IMG/VR virus record: IMGVR_UViG_3300036803_000014
Coordinates: 1 to 29,869 of that record
DNA length: 29,869 bases
From: a virus
Lineage: Duplodnaviria; Caudoviricetes
Strand: one strand, 5' to 3'
The position numbers and the translations under genes are program-made. Under the pieces are notes generated by a model, which worked only from the letters and a program-made list of their open reading frames with translations, did no database searches and was not told the origin of the DNA. Position 1 is the stretch's first letter. The number at the start of each line of letters is the position of its first letter. Shown here piece by piece: positions 23,846-29,869 of this stretch.

Positions 23846-24836
23846 AGCTCGGGCTCATGGTCACGGTTGTGAGGACTTCGGCGGCACGACGGCGACTCTC
23901 GTCGCGGGCGTTGACCTGCGGCGAAGCGCGGGCCGCCTGCTGGTTCGCCATGAAGCGGTCAACGTAGAGGGGCAGACAGACAATCGGTTCTCGTGAAAGC
24001 GCGCTTGCAGAGGCGACAGCAGCGTCGACGAATGCGGTCGTGAGGCCGGCATTGACCCAGCCTGCAAAGACCGGCCAAAGCTTTTTGCGGTCATTGACGT
24101 TGGTCGGATCAGCTTCGAATCCGTGTTTGGCGCGGAAGTGGCGAAGCCATTCGCCTGCATCTTTCGGGGTGAAATCGTCAGACAGCGGGCGCGAGGATGT
24201 ACTACTGACGATGACTACTCCTTTGTTTGTTATGTCCTGTCCGGTTATGTCCTTCTCTATAGCCGTGGCCGGTGCGTCATGCGTTACGTTTGCTGTTACG
24301 TCACCTGTTACGCTTTTCGTTACGCTTGGTGACGGTTCGAGTGACGCTATGAGACGTTCAAGTTCGTCCGTCTTCACGTCTTTCGACGGGACGATTCCAT
24401 GCTCGCGCAACGTCTCAAACAGCGCCTTACGCCGCTCGCGGTAACGCTGCTGACGGCTCTGTTCGTTGTCTTCTCGATCGTTGTGCTGCTCGCGCTTGCC
24501 CATTGCTTCGAGAGCTTTCTCAGCGATCACCGGGTGATAGAGGCGATCGTCGGAGCACTTGATCCAGCCACGCAGCGCGACGGCGCGGACCCGCTTCCAC
24601 TTCGCCATGTTTTCGGACAGGCCGGCCAGATGCGCGAGCAAGCGGTCATCGTCAGGCAGACTGGCGGCCGGAACCTGTGACCATGACTTGGCCCAAAGCC
24701 GGAACGCGACCTTGAATTCATCCCCGGTCGAGATACCGAAAAGGTCGCTATCGATCACGCGGCCGACATCGAGCGGCATCCAGCGATAGCCGCGCAGATT
24801 GCAGTCAGCCGGGGTCAGTGGTTCGGGCAATTGCAT
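23793..24836 (-). CDS. Replication initiator (O-like, DUF1376-type N-terminus)
   Basis: MQLPEPLTPADCNLRGYRWMPLDV...SWSQVPAASLPDDD...RLYHPVIAE; internal iterons; start placed at ATG 24836. Confidence 0.8.
   Translation of the reverse strand: MQLPEPLTPADCNLRGYRWMPLDVGRVIDSDLFGISTGDEFKVAFRLWAKSWSQVPAASLPDDDRLLAHLAGLSENMAKWKRVRAVALRGWIKCSDDRLYHPVIAEKALEAMGKREQHNDREDNEQSRQQRYRERRKALFETLREHGIVPSKDVKTDELERLIASLEPSPSVTKSVTGDVTANVTHDAPATAIEKDITGQDITNKGVVIVSSTSSRPLSDDFTPKDAGEWLRHFRAKHGFEADPTNVNDRKKLWPVFAGWVNAGLTTAFVDAAVASASALSREPIVCLPLYVDRFMANQQAARASPQVNARDESRRRAAEVLTTVTMSPSYEPPNGNVIDVNAKLLG
24229..24346. repeat. Iteron-like repeats, probable replication origin
   Basis: GTTACG at 24283, 24295, 24307, 24319 (12-bp period); GTGACG at 24329, 24341; GTTATGTCC at 24229, 24244 beside a T-rich tract. 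Confidence 0.7.
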
Positions 24837-24837
24837 C

Positions 24838-24918
24838 TCAGCCCCTCGCACCGCGCCAGCATGCGACCGCCGACAAGGCAATAAGACCCACCATCCATCC
24901 CGCGCAGAACAAGTCCAT
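24838..24918 (-). CDS. Membrane microprotein, 26 aa
   Basis: MDLFCAGWMVGLIALSAVACWRGARG; GGAGGA RBS. Confidence 0.45.
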   Translation of the reverse strand: MDLFCAGWMVGLIALSAVACWRGARG

Positions 24919-24919
24919 G

Positions 24920-25114
24920 TCAGTCCTCCCGCGGCCCAGGTTGTCCCTGCTTGGGCAGCATGCGAATTGCGTAATTGATGCCGAAAGAGAAGGCGCGGAC
25001 GCAATACACCATGAAGTCAGGGGTGGAAACACCCTGCTCTGCTGCACCCTGCTCGATCAACTCTGCTTCCCCCGCGGGAATTTCCACCGTGTACTGCTTT
25101 TTTTCGTCGGTCAT
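24920..25114 (-). CDS. RHH-like small protein
   Basis: KQYTVEIPAGEAELIEQGAAEQGVSTPDFM beta-alpha-alpha pattern. Confidence 0.55.
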   Translation of the reverse strand: MTDEKKQYTVEIPAGEAELIEQGAAEQGVSTPDFMVYCVRAFSFGINYAIRMLPKQGQPGPRED

Positions 25115-25338
25115 GCAGCGTCCCGAAGCGTCCCTCGTGGGGACTGATGGTCCGAATCGTCACTGACGCCTATTCGCTGCGCAGGGACAATTCCACACAA
25201 CAGCATTTCAGCCAGGCGAGCCAGAGCGGCCGAATCGCTGTCGATGAAGTTGAGTTGCTTGAAATCCTGAAGCCTCGTGTAGACCTCATCACGCAGACGC
25301 GTTTTGACTTCGTTGCGGAATTCAGCACGCCGAGACAT
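25111..25338 (-). CDS. Small regulator in the cII position, RHH-like
   Basis: NEVKTRLRDEVYTRLQDF...SDSAALARLAEMLL; follows cro. Confidence 0.55.
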   Translation of the reverse strand: MSRRAEFRNEVKTRLRDEVYTRLQDFKQLNFIDSDSAALARLAEMLLCGIVPAQRIGVSDDSDHQSPRGTLRDAA

Positions 25339-25373
25339 AGAGGTTCCCCTTGGGTTGGTGAGTTGTTGTGGGA

Positions 25374-25574
25374 TTAGGCGGCGGCTGCTGCCTGCGTCAC
25401 TTCTGCATGCTTGCGCAAGATCGCGAACAAGGCCCGCGACGAGCAGCCGCTCTGACCGTGGAGGATGCGATGAACAGTCGGCTGGGAAATACCAAGTAGC
25501 TTCCCCAAGGCGGTATCGCTGAGATTCGTTGCGGCCTTGATTTCAGCAAGCAACTTTTCCGGAGTCGGATCCAT
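25374..25574 (-). CDS. cro: Cro-like HTH repressor
   Basis: LSDTALGKLLGISQPTVHRILHG HTH; divergent from the cI-like gene. Confidence 0.8.
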   Translation of the reverse strand: MDPTPEKLLAEIKAATNLSDTALGKLLGISQPTVHRILHGQSGCSSRALFAILRKHAEVTQAAAAA

Positions 25575-25604
25575 GATTTCTTCCAGTTATGCACCTAAGA
25601 AGCC

Positions 25605-25632
25605 ATTCTATACGCAAATGGATGATTGTCAA
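25605..25632 (-). promoter_or_regulatory. PR-like promoter
   Basis: Minus strand TTGACA-16 bp-TAGAAT upstream of cro. Confidence 0.8.
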
Positions 25633-25678
25633 TGCGCGATTGAATGTGAATTTGCCGATTCCTATTCACAGCCGCATA
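25609..25678. promoter_or_regulatory. Three OR-like operators
   Basis: CATCCA-TTTG-CGTATA (minus, 25609-25624), CATTCA-ATCG-CGCATT (minus, 25631-25646), TATTCA-CAGC-CGCATA (plus, 25663-25678). Confidence 0.7.
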
Positions 25679-25680
25679 GT
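25652..25680 (+). promoter_or_regulatory. PRM-like promoter, probably giving a leaderless cI mRNA
   Basis: TTGCCG-17 bp-CATAGT ending 7 nt before ATG 25687; no SD sequence. Confidence 0.55.
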
Positions 25681-25686
25681 TACCGC

Positions 25687-26250
25687 ATGGAAACCATAGG
25701 CAACCGACTCGACGAACTGATGCAGGCGCACCCGCTCTATCGCGGACGCGGGCAGAGTTCCCTTGCGCGAAACACAGGCGTGCCACAGCCGACTATCAAC
25801 CGGATACTGAGCAACAAGTCAGTGCCGGAGATGGCGACCGTGGTGAAGCTGGCTGAGGCGTTCGACGTGACATGCGAGTGGCTGCTAACCGGTAGAGGTC
25901 CGAAATTCATCGCGGACATCGAAGCGAGTATGCAATTCGCAAACGTTTTGCGTAGTGGTATACCCGAAGAAAGCGAGCGGGAAAAATTTCCTAATAATGT
26001 TACTAATGCCCTACAGGCGGTACTTTCAGCCTTCCGTACGGGAGCCAACATTTCAAGCTCAGATGTACGCACCATTATTTGGTATGCATTGACGCCTGTG
26101 GAAAGTGGCAATATTGCTCAGAACAACGATCTGGCGCACTCAGACCATGAGAAAACGATCGTTGAGCGGGCTACAGAGGCCATGAAACGCACAGGTGATG
26201 ATCATGTCGATCGCAGTAAAGGCGGTGCAAAAAAACGTCATCAGTCTTGA
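25687..26250 (+). CDS. cI: CI-like XRE HTH repressor without S24 peptidase domain
   Basis: METIGNRLDELM...QSSLARNTGVPQPTINRIL...KLAEAFDVTCEWLLTGRG; ORF-track extension to 25537 overlaps the promoters and cro. Confidence 0.85.
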   Translation: METIGNRLDELMQAHPLYRGRGQSSLARNTGVPQPTINRILSNKSVPEMATVVKLAEAFDVTCEWLLTGRGPKFIADIEASMQFANVLRSGIPEESEREKFPNNVTNALQAVLSAFRTGANISSSDVRTIIWYALTPVESGNIAQNNDLAHSDHEKTIVERATEAMKRTGDDHVDRSKGGAKKRHQS

Positions 26251-26494
26251 AAAATACCGAGGTGAACGGCGGCAAAAGCCTCGCGAGCTGGGCCATGAAC
26301 AGGTAATCGGAGACCCGGACCCGCCGACCGCGCGCGTCTGGCTCCAGAGCGGCGCGCCCCAGGCGTCACTCGAAAATATCCGGCCCGAAAATGCGGGTCA
26401 GCTTCTCTTCGTCGCACTCTCGATGTGCTTGGAACTCGCCGTAATCGCCCAGCGAAGCGGCATGTTTTCTCAGGCGCTCGACATCTCTTCTTAA
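26204..26494 (+). CDS. Hypothetical protein co-transcribed with cI
   Basis: AGGTG RBS, overlaps the cI end; N-terminal NVISLEKYR motif. Confidence 0.55.
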   Translation: MSIAVKAVQKNVISLEKYRGERRQKPRELGHEQVIGDPDPPTARVWLQSGAPQASLENIRPENAGQLLFVALSMCLELAVIAQRSGMFSQALDISS

Positions 26495-26515
26495 TCCCCC
26501 CCGGCGCCCTGCCAG

Positions 26516-26540
26516 ACCCGGATGAATAGTCCGGGTTTCC
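26516..26540 (+). terminator. Hairpin closing the cI operon
   Basis: ACCCGGA-TGAATAG-TCCGGGT followed by a short T run. Confidence 0.45.
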
Positions 26541-26553
26541 CCTCGCATAAAAT

Positions 26554-26595
26554 TATTCATTTGCGCATTGACATCTATTCATGGCCGCATATAAT
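26554..26595 (+). promoter_or_regulatory. PL-like promoter with two OL-like operators
   Basis: TTGACA(26568)-16 bp-TATAAT(26590); operators TATTCA-TTTG-CGCATT (26554) and TATTCA-TGGC-CGCATA (26576). Confidence 0.85.
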
Positions 26596-26635
26596 TAACT
26601 CACAGCAGCAACACACCCAACCCTGTGAGGTCGCC

Positions 26636-26938
26636 ATGAAATCAGTTCTCGTAATCCTTCTTCTCGCGCTTGCCGCAACTCATGCCCACGCATCCACCGC
26701 ATCGGCCAATCACGGCCACCACGGCGGCGGCAATAACGGTGCCGTAGGCGCAGCGGCCGGCGCATTCGGTGGCTCGTCGAGCGCATCAGCGGCGGGCAGC
26801 GGCGCGAGCGGCGGCAACGGTGGCTCGTACGGTGACTGGTATCTGCGCGCATCGCCGGTCGACAACTTTCAGCCGTATCCCGAGAGCGAGATGCGCCAGT
26901 ACCAGAAAGCGAAGTTCACGCCGTACGCCGGCAAGTAA
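26636..26938 (+). CDS. Secreted Gly/Ala/Ser-rich protein, 100 aa
   Basis: GAGG RBS; MKSVLVILLLALAATHAHA signal peptide with AxA cleavage site. Confidence 0.7.
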   Translation: MKSVLVILLLALAATHAHASTASANHGHHGGGNNGAVGAAAGAFGGSSSASAAGSGASGGNGGSYGDWYLRASPVDNFQPYPESEMRQYQKAKFTPYAGK

Positions 26939-26948
26939 GGAGAACGCC

Positions 26949-27086
26949 ATGTCCCTCTTGGCCCAAGACCTGATCGAACTGAACGCGCTGCCATTGCCGC
27001 ACGGCACGCTGACCGAACACCTTCTGCGCGCGATGGCGATGAATCTGATCGCTGAAGGCGTGGCGGATGAGCGCGGGGGACTGTGA
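26949..27086 (+). CDS. Hypothetical protein, 45 aa
   Basis: AAGGAG RBS; MSLLAQDLIELNALP. Confidence 0.55.
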   Translation: MSLLAQDLIELNALPLPHGTLTEHLLRAMAMNLIAEGVADERGGL

Positions 27087-27421
27087 TGAGCGAATCGAAA
27101 CTCGACCGCTGGCTGAAGGATGGGCGCTATCTGCCCAGCTTCATGCGCGACTTCCACGACCAGAAAGACCTGTTCAAGTCGATCCACCAAACGATCCGCG
27201 TCAAAGATCACGGCTATTCGAAGGATGTCGATTGGGTCTCGGGACAGTGTTATGTGATCGACATTTTCCTATGGTGGATGGCACGGCGTGGATACACATT
27301 GCAGCGCTGCCGGGCGGATCAGGAGTTCGGCAACCTGCGCGACACGATACGTGACTGCAACGAGCGCAGAAGCAATGCCGAAATCGCTGCACTCAAGAGC
27401 GCGTTTGGAGAGCCGAAATGA
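27086..27421 (+). CDS. Phage hypothetical protein
   Basis: YLPSFMRDFHDQKDLFK...YVIDIFLWWMARRGYTLQR; coupled on both sides. Confidence 0.7.
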   Translation: MSESKLDRWLKDGRYLPSFMRDFHDQKDLFKSIHQTIRVKDHGYSKDVDWVSGQCYVIDIFLWWMARRGYTLQRCRADQEFGNLRDTIRDCNERRSNAEIAALKSAFGEPK

Positions 27422-27606
27422 TGTCCCTCGACCAATTCCGCTCCCGCCCGCTGACCGTGCGCGTTCTCGATCACTGCGATGGATGCAAGCAGCTGAAGGA
27501 CGACGTGCAGAAGCGCTCGAACTACTGGCCGCATGTCGCTGAACAGATGTGCTGCGGCGCCTGCTTCACGAAGGCTATTTCACAGGCTACGGGCTTGGCC
27601 TGCTAG
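27418..27606 (+). CDS. Small zinc-finger-like protein
   Basis: CDGC...CCGAC. Confidence 0.55.
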   Translation: MMSLDQFRSRPLTVRVLDHCDGCKQLKDDVQKRSNYWPHVAEQMCCGACFTKAISQATGLAC

Positions 27607-27616
27607 GAGACTGGAC

Positions 27617-27985
27617 ATGAACATGATCGATAGCAAGCAAGTGATGGCGATGGCCGAGTACGAATGCGAGCGCGCCAAATCCAAGCTCGACGCCGCGATC
27701 GACAGCGAGGAATCGCGAGACGAGATGATCGCCGCGCGGACGCAGGAGCTGATCGTCAAGCGCATGGCAGAGATGGTGCCGATCGACATCATCGCGGGCT
27801 TGCAGAGCGCGAACGAAGGCGCGGCGGGTGCGATGCGCGCTCACTTGCTCGCTGGGAATATGAATGTGTTTGGCGTCATGGCGCGGGCGCTGGTGCACAT
27901 GTTCATCGAGCAGGACAGCGAAATCATGGCGCACGAGTGGATGGAGCGGGTCGATGCAGAGGTCGACAAGTGGGGTGTGCAGTGA
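27617..27985 (+). CDS. Hypothetical helical protein, 122 aa
   Basis: AGGAG RBS before ATG 27617. Confidence 0.6.
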   Translation: MNMIDSKQVMAMAEYECERAKSKLDAAIDSEESRDEMIAARTQELIVKRMAEMVPIDIIAGLQSANEGAAGAMRAHLLAGNMNVFGVMARALVHMFIEQDSEIMAHEWMERVDAEVDKWGVQ

Positions 27986-28191
27986 GCGAGATCGTCAATC
28001 GCCGTGTGCTGCTTGAGCGCACCCAAGCCTTGGTCAAGACGAACCAGCCGACGCTAGAACACATTAGCGCTGTTGGTCATGCTCTGGCAAATGTGATTAC
28101 CGACTTGCTTGGAGCTGAATGCCGCGTTGTGATCAAGCTTGATCCGAAAGCGCTCCAAGCGGCAATCAATAAAGCAGAGGCCAAGTCATGA
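27982..28191 (+). CDS. Hypothetical protein, 69 aa
   Basis: GTGA coupling; MSEIVNRRVLLERTQ. Confidence 0.5.
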   Translation: MSEIVNRRVLLERTQALVKTNQPTLEHISAVGHALANVITDLLGAECRVVIKLDPKALQAAINKAEAKS

Positions 28192-28313
28192 AACAGATCA
28201 CCGAAAAAGACCTCCGCCTCGCCGACCTCTCCCTAGCCTTCTCCGCTGGCGTGTGCGCGGCTGCTGTCGGGGCGCTTATGGTGTTCACGTTCTATCTGAA
28301 GGTGGTGTGTTGA
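28188..28313 (+). CDS. Membrane microprotein, 41 aa
   Basis: Not in ORF track; MKQITEKDLRLADLSLAFSAGVCAAAVGALMVFTFYLKVVC; GAGG RBS, ATGA coupling. Confidence 0.55.
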   Translation: MKQITEKDLRLADLSLAFSAGVCAAAVGALMVFTFYLKVVC

Positions 28314-28393
28314 AAGCCGCCGCGATCGATCTGGCGATTGTCGTCGCCTTCGGTGTCTTTCTCGGCTACTGCGCAGCAAGGGGAATTGCATGA
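28310..28393 (+). CDS. Membrane microprotein, 27 aa
   Basis: TTGA coupling; LKAAAIDLAIVVAFGVFLGYCAARGIA. Confidence 0.4.
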   Translation: MKAAAIDLAIVVAFGVFLGYCAARGIA

Positions 28394-29166
28394 CCAGTAA
28401 TCGGATCGTCTGTCAGTTTTCCTGTGGTGCTGCGTCGGCTGTAGCGACGAAACTGGCACTCGCGGATTACGGGGACCGCGCGATTATCGTCAATGCTTTC
28501 CTCAAGAATGAGGACGACGACAACCGTCGATTCTTGCTCGACTGCGAGAAGTGGTTCGGGCGAACGATTACGGTTCTTCGCGATGAAAAGTACGACGCCG
28601 ATATTAACGTCGTGTTCCGGCGCGTCGGCTATATCAAAGGTCGGCAAGGTGCTGCCTGTACCTCGCGCATCAAGCGCGGCCTTTTGAGGGCTTTCGAGCA
28701 GCCGGGAGATGTTCTCATGATCGGCTATACGGCTGATGAACGCTGGCGTTACGACGACTGGCTGGAGAACTGGCCGGATCGCCCGGTTGTCGCGCCGCTG
28801 ATAGATAGAGGCCTGACAAAGGAAGACTGTAAGGCCATGGTGGAGCGCGCAGGAATATTACTCCCCATGCAATACCGTCGCGGTTATAAGAACGCCAATT
28901 GCAAAACCTGTGTCAAGGGTGGTTTGGGATATTTCCGGGCGGTTCGTGAAGACTTCCCGGAAGAGTTCGAAGAACTTTGTGTCTCTGAAGACATCGTTGC
29001 AGGGCTTCATGGCGAACAGGCCCGAATCCTTCGGCACCGATCTGGGCCCTTGAAAGGCCAGCGATTCGCCCTTCGGGAGTTACCTGTGGGCCCTATTGAC
29101 CGTGACGATGCACCACCCGAATGCGGTCTCTTCTGCGAAGCAGCGGAACAGGAGTATTCAGCATGA
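28390..29166 (+). CDS. PP-loop / PAPS-reductase-like protein with Cys cluster
   Basis: CQFSCGAASAV (degenerate SGGxDS), ACTSRIK, IGYTADE, APLID, NANCKTCVKGG, ECGLFCE. Confidence 0.75.
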   Translation: MTSNRIVCQFSCGAASAVATKLALADYGDRAIIVNAFLKNEDDDNRRFLLDCEKWFGRTITVLRDEKYDADINVVFRRVGYIKGRQGAACTSRIKRGLLRAFEQPGDVLMIGYTADERWRYDDWLENWPDRPVVAPLIDRGLTKEDCKAMVERAGILLPMQYRRGYKNANCKTCVKGGLGYFRAVREDFPEEFEELCVSEDIVAGLHGEQARILRHRSGPLKGQRFALRELPVGPIDRDDAPPECGLFCEAAEQEYSA

Positions 29167-29306
29167 AACGTCTTAACGCCTTCGCCGATCGTCATCCGGT
29201 ACTAAGCATGGTCGCTGGCTGGCTTCTGCTGATCGCGATCACGCTTGCGGTCGTCCCCGAAGATCCGGCGAGCGTGGCGCAGGCTTTACATGAGCGTGCA
29301 ACGTAG
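29163..29306 (+). CDS. Membrane microprotein, 47 aa
   Basis: AGGAG RBS; RHPVLSMVAGWLLLIAITLAVV. Confidence 0.55.
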   Translation: MKRLNAFADRHPVLSMVAGWLLLIAITLAVVPEDPASVAQALHERAT

Positions 29307-29357
29307 TCCGTAGTTCTAACCCCTAACGCGCGGCCGAGTCTCGCGCATGGAGAAATC

Positions 29358-29869
29358 ATGAGCAATATCGTAGAAACACAATCGTTTGACCTGTCGCCGC
29401 GCTCGATGGATGAGGCTCTGAGATTTGCCGACTATCTGGCTGATAGCGAACTGGTGCCGAAGGATTTCAAGGGCAAGCCTGGTAATGTTCTCGTCGCCAT
29501 TCAATGGGGCATGGAACTCGGTTTGAAGCCCATGCAGGCGTTGCAGAACATCGCGGTTATCAACGGTCGTCCCTCACTCTGGGGGGACGCTGTGCTGGCT
29601 CTGGTGCTCGCCTCGCCGGTCTGCGAATACGTACGTGAGACCGAGGAAAACGGCGTTGCTGTCTGTCGCGTGAAGCGCCGCGGCGATGATGAGCATGTGC
29701 AGACGTTCTCCGACGACGATGCGAAAAAGGCCGGTCTGATAGGGAAGCAGGGACCGTGGTCGCAATACCCGAAGCGCATGAAGAAACTGCGCGCCCGCGC
29801 CTTTGCCTTGCGCGACAAGTTCGCCGATGTGCTGAAGGGTATCCCGATTGCCGAAGAGGTGATGGATTA
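29358..29869 (+). CDS. recT: RecT-family single-strand annealing recombinase (C-terminal part runs off the window edge)
   Basis: Not in ORF track; hand translation LVPKDFKGKPGNVLVAIQWGMELGLKPMQALQNIAVINGRPSLWGDA...GPWSQYPKRM...RAFALRDKFADVLKG; GGAG RBS. Confidence 0.85.
   Translation, partial: MSNIVETQSFDLSPRSMDEALRFADYLADSELVPKDFKGKPGNVLVAIQWGMELGLKPMQALQNIAVINGRPSLWGDAVLALVLASPVCEYVRETEENGVAVCRVKRRGDDEHVQTFSDDDAKKAGLIGKQGPWSQYPKRMKKLRARAFALRDKFADVLKGIPIAEEVMD

Noticed and set aside
24283-24324. Periodic repeats as a CRISPR-like array
   Set aside because: 6-bp units with 6-bp spacers inside a CDS, and no cas genes; they fit iterons.
24837-25004. N-terminal extension of the replication initiator
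   Set aside because: Overlaps two upstream small genes; the family motif begins at MQLPEP.
25588-25603. Possible sixth operator TATGCA-CCTA-AGAAGC
   Set aside because: Only one half-site matches well and the spacing is 21 rather than 22 bp.
25537-25686. N-terminal extension of cI in the ORF track
   Set aside because: Overlaps cro, PR and the operators; HTH homology starts at ATG 25687.
29327-29346. Small GC hairpin before the recT RBS
   Set aside because: Only about 5 bp of stem in GC-rich DNA and no U-tract; could be chance.
29316-29818. Minus-strand ORFs at the right end
   Set aside because: Antisense to the RecT-like gene, which the ORF track missed because it is truncated.
1-29869. 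tRNA, rRNA, IS elements, reverse transcriptase/DGR, inteins, att sites
   Set aside because: None recognisable by eye; a tRNAscan, Rfam and repeat search would be needed to exclude weak cases.

Overview
The whole window is the interior of a GC-rich temperate, P22-like (podovirus-type) phage or prophage. A Burkholderiaceae-like host is my inference from composition and protein style only. No integrase, att site, lysis cassette or recognisable Q gene is inside the window. Right end (+ strand, PL operon): small early genes, a PP-loop/PAPS-reductase-like gene and a truncated RecT-like recombinase. Centre-right: a cI/cro switch with five 16-bp operator-like sites, two RHH-like genes, O/P-like replication genes with internal iterons, a frame-disrupted HNH, an XF1762/Mom-like gene and a RuvC-like resolvase. 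The virion region (- strand) is strongly scrambled relative to P22: terS, post-coat gene, gp4, HNH, four small genes, gp10, needle-like gene, HNH, three ejection proteins, GNAT, portal, terL, then an opposite-strand cassette (RHH, membrane protein, 2OG-Fe(II) hydroxylase), then scaffold, coat, tail fibre, chaperone and tailspike. Best candidates for new biology: the counter-oriented RHH-membrane-hydroxylase cassette with its likely GNAT partner, the permuted head module with apparent internal promoters, a structured ~160-nt leader before the coat gene, and a peptide motif shared between the tailspike N-terminus and a stand-alone 70-aa protein. All family assignments come from motif recognition by eye; no searches were run.
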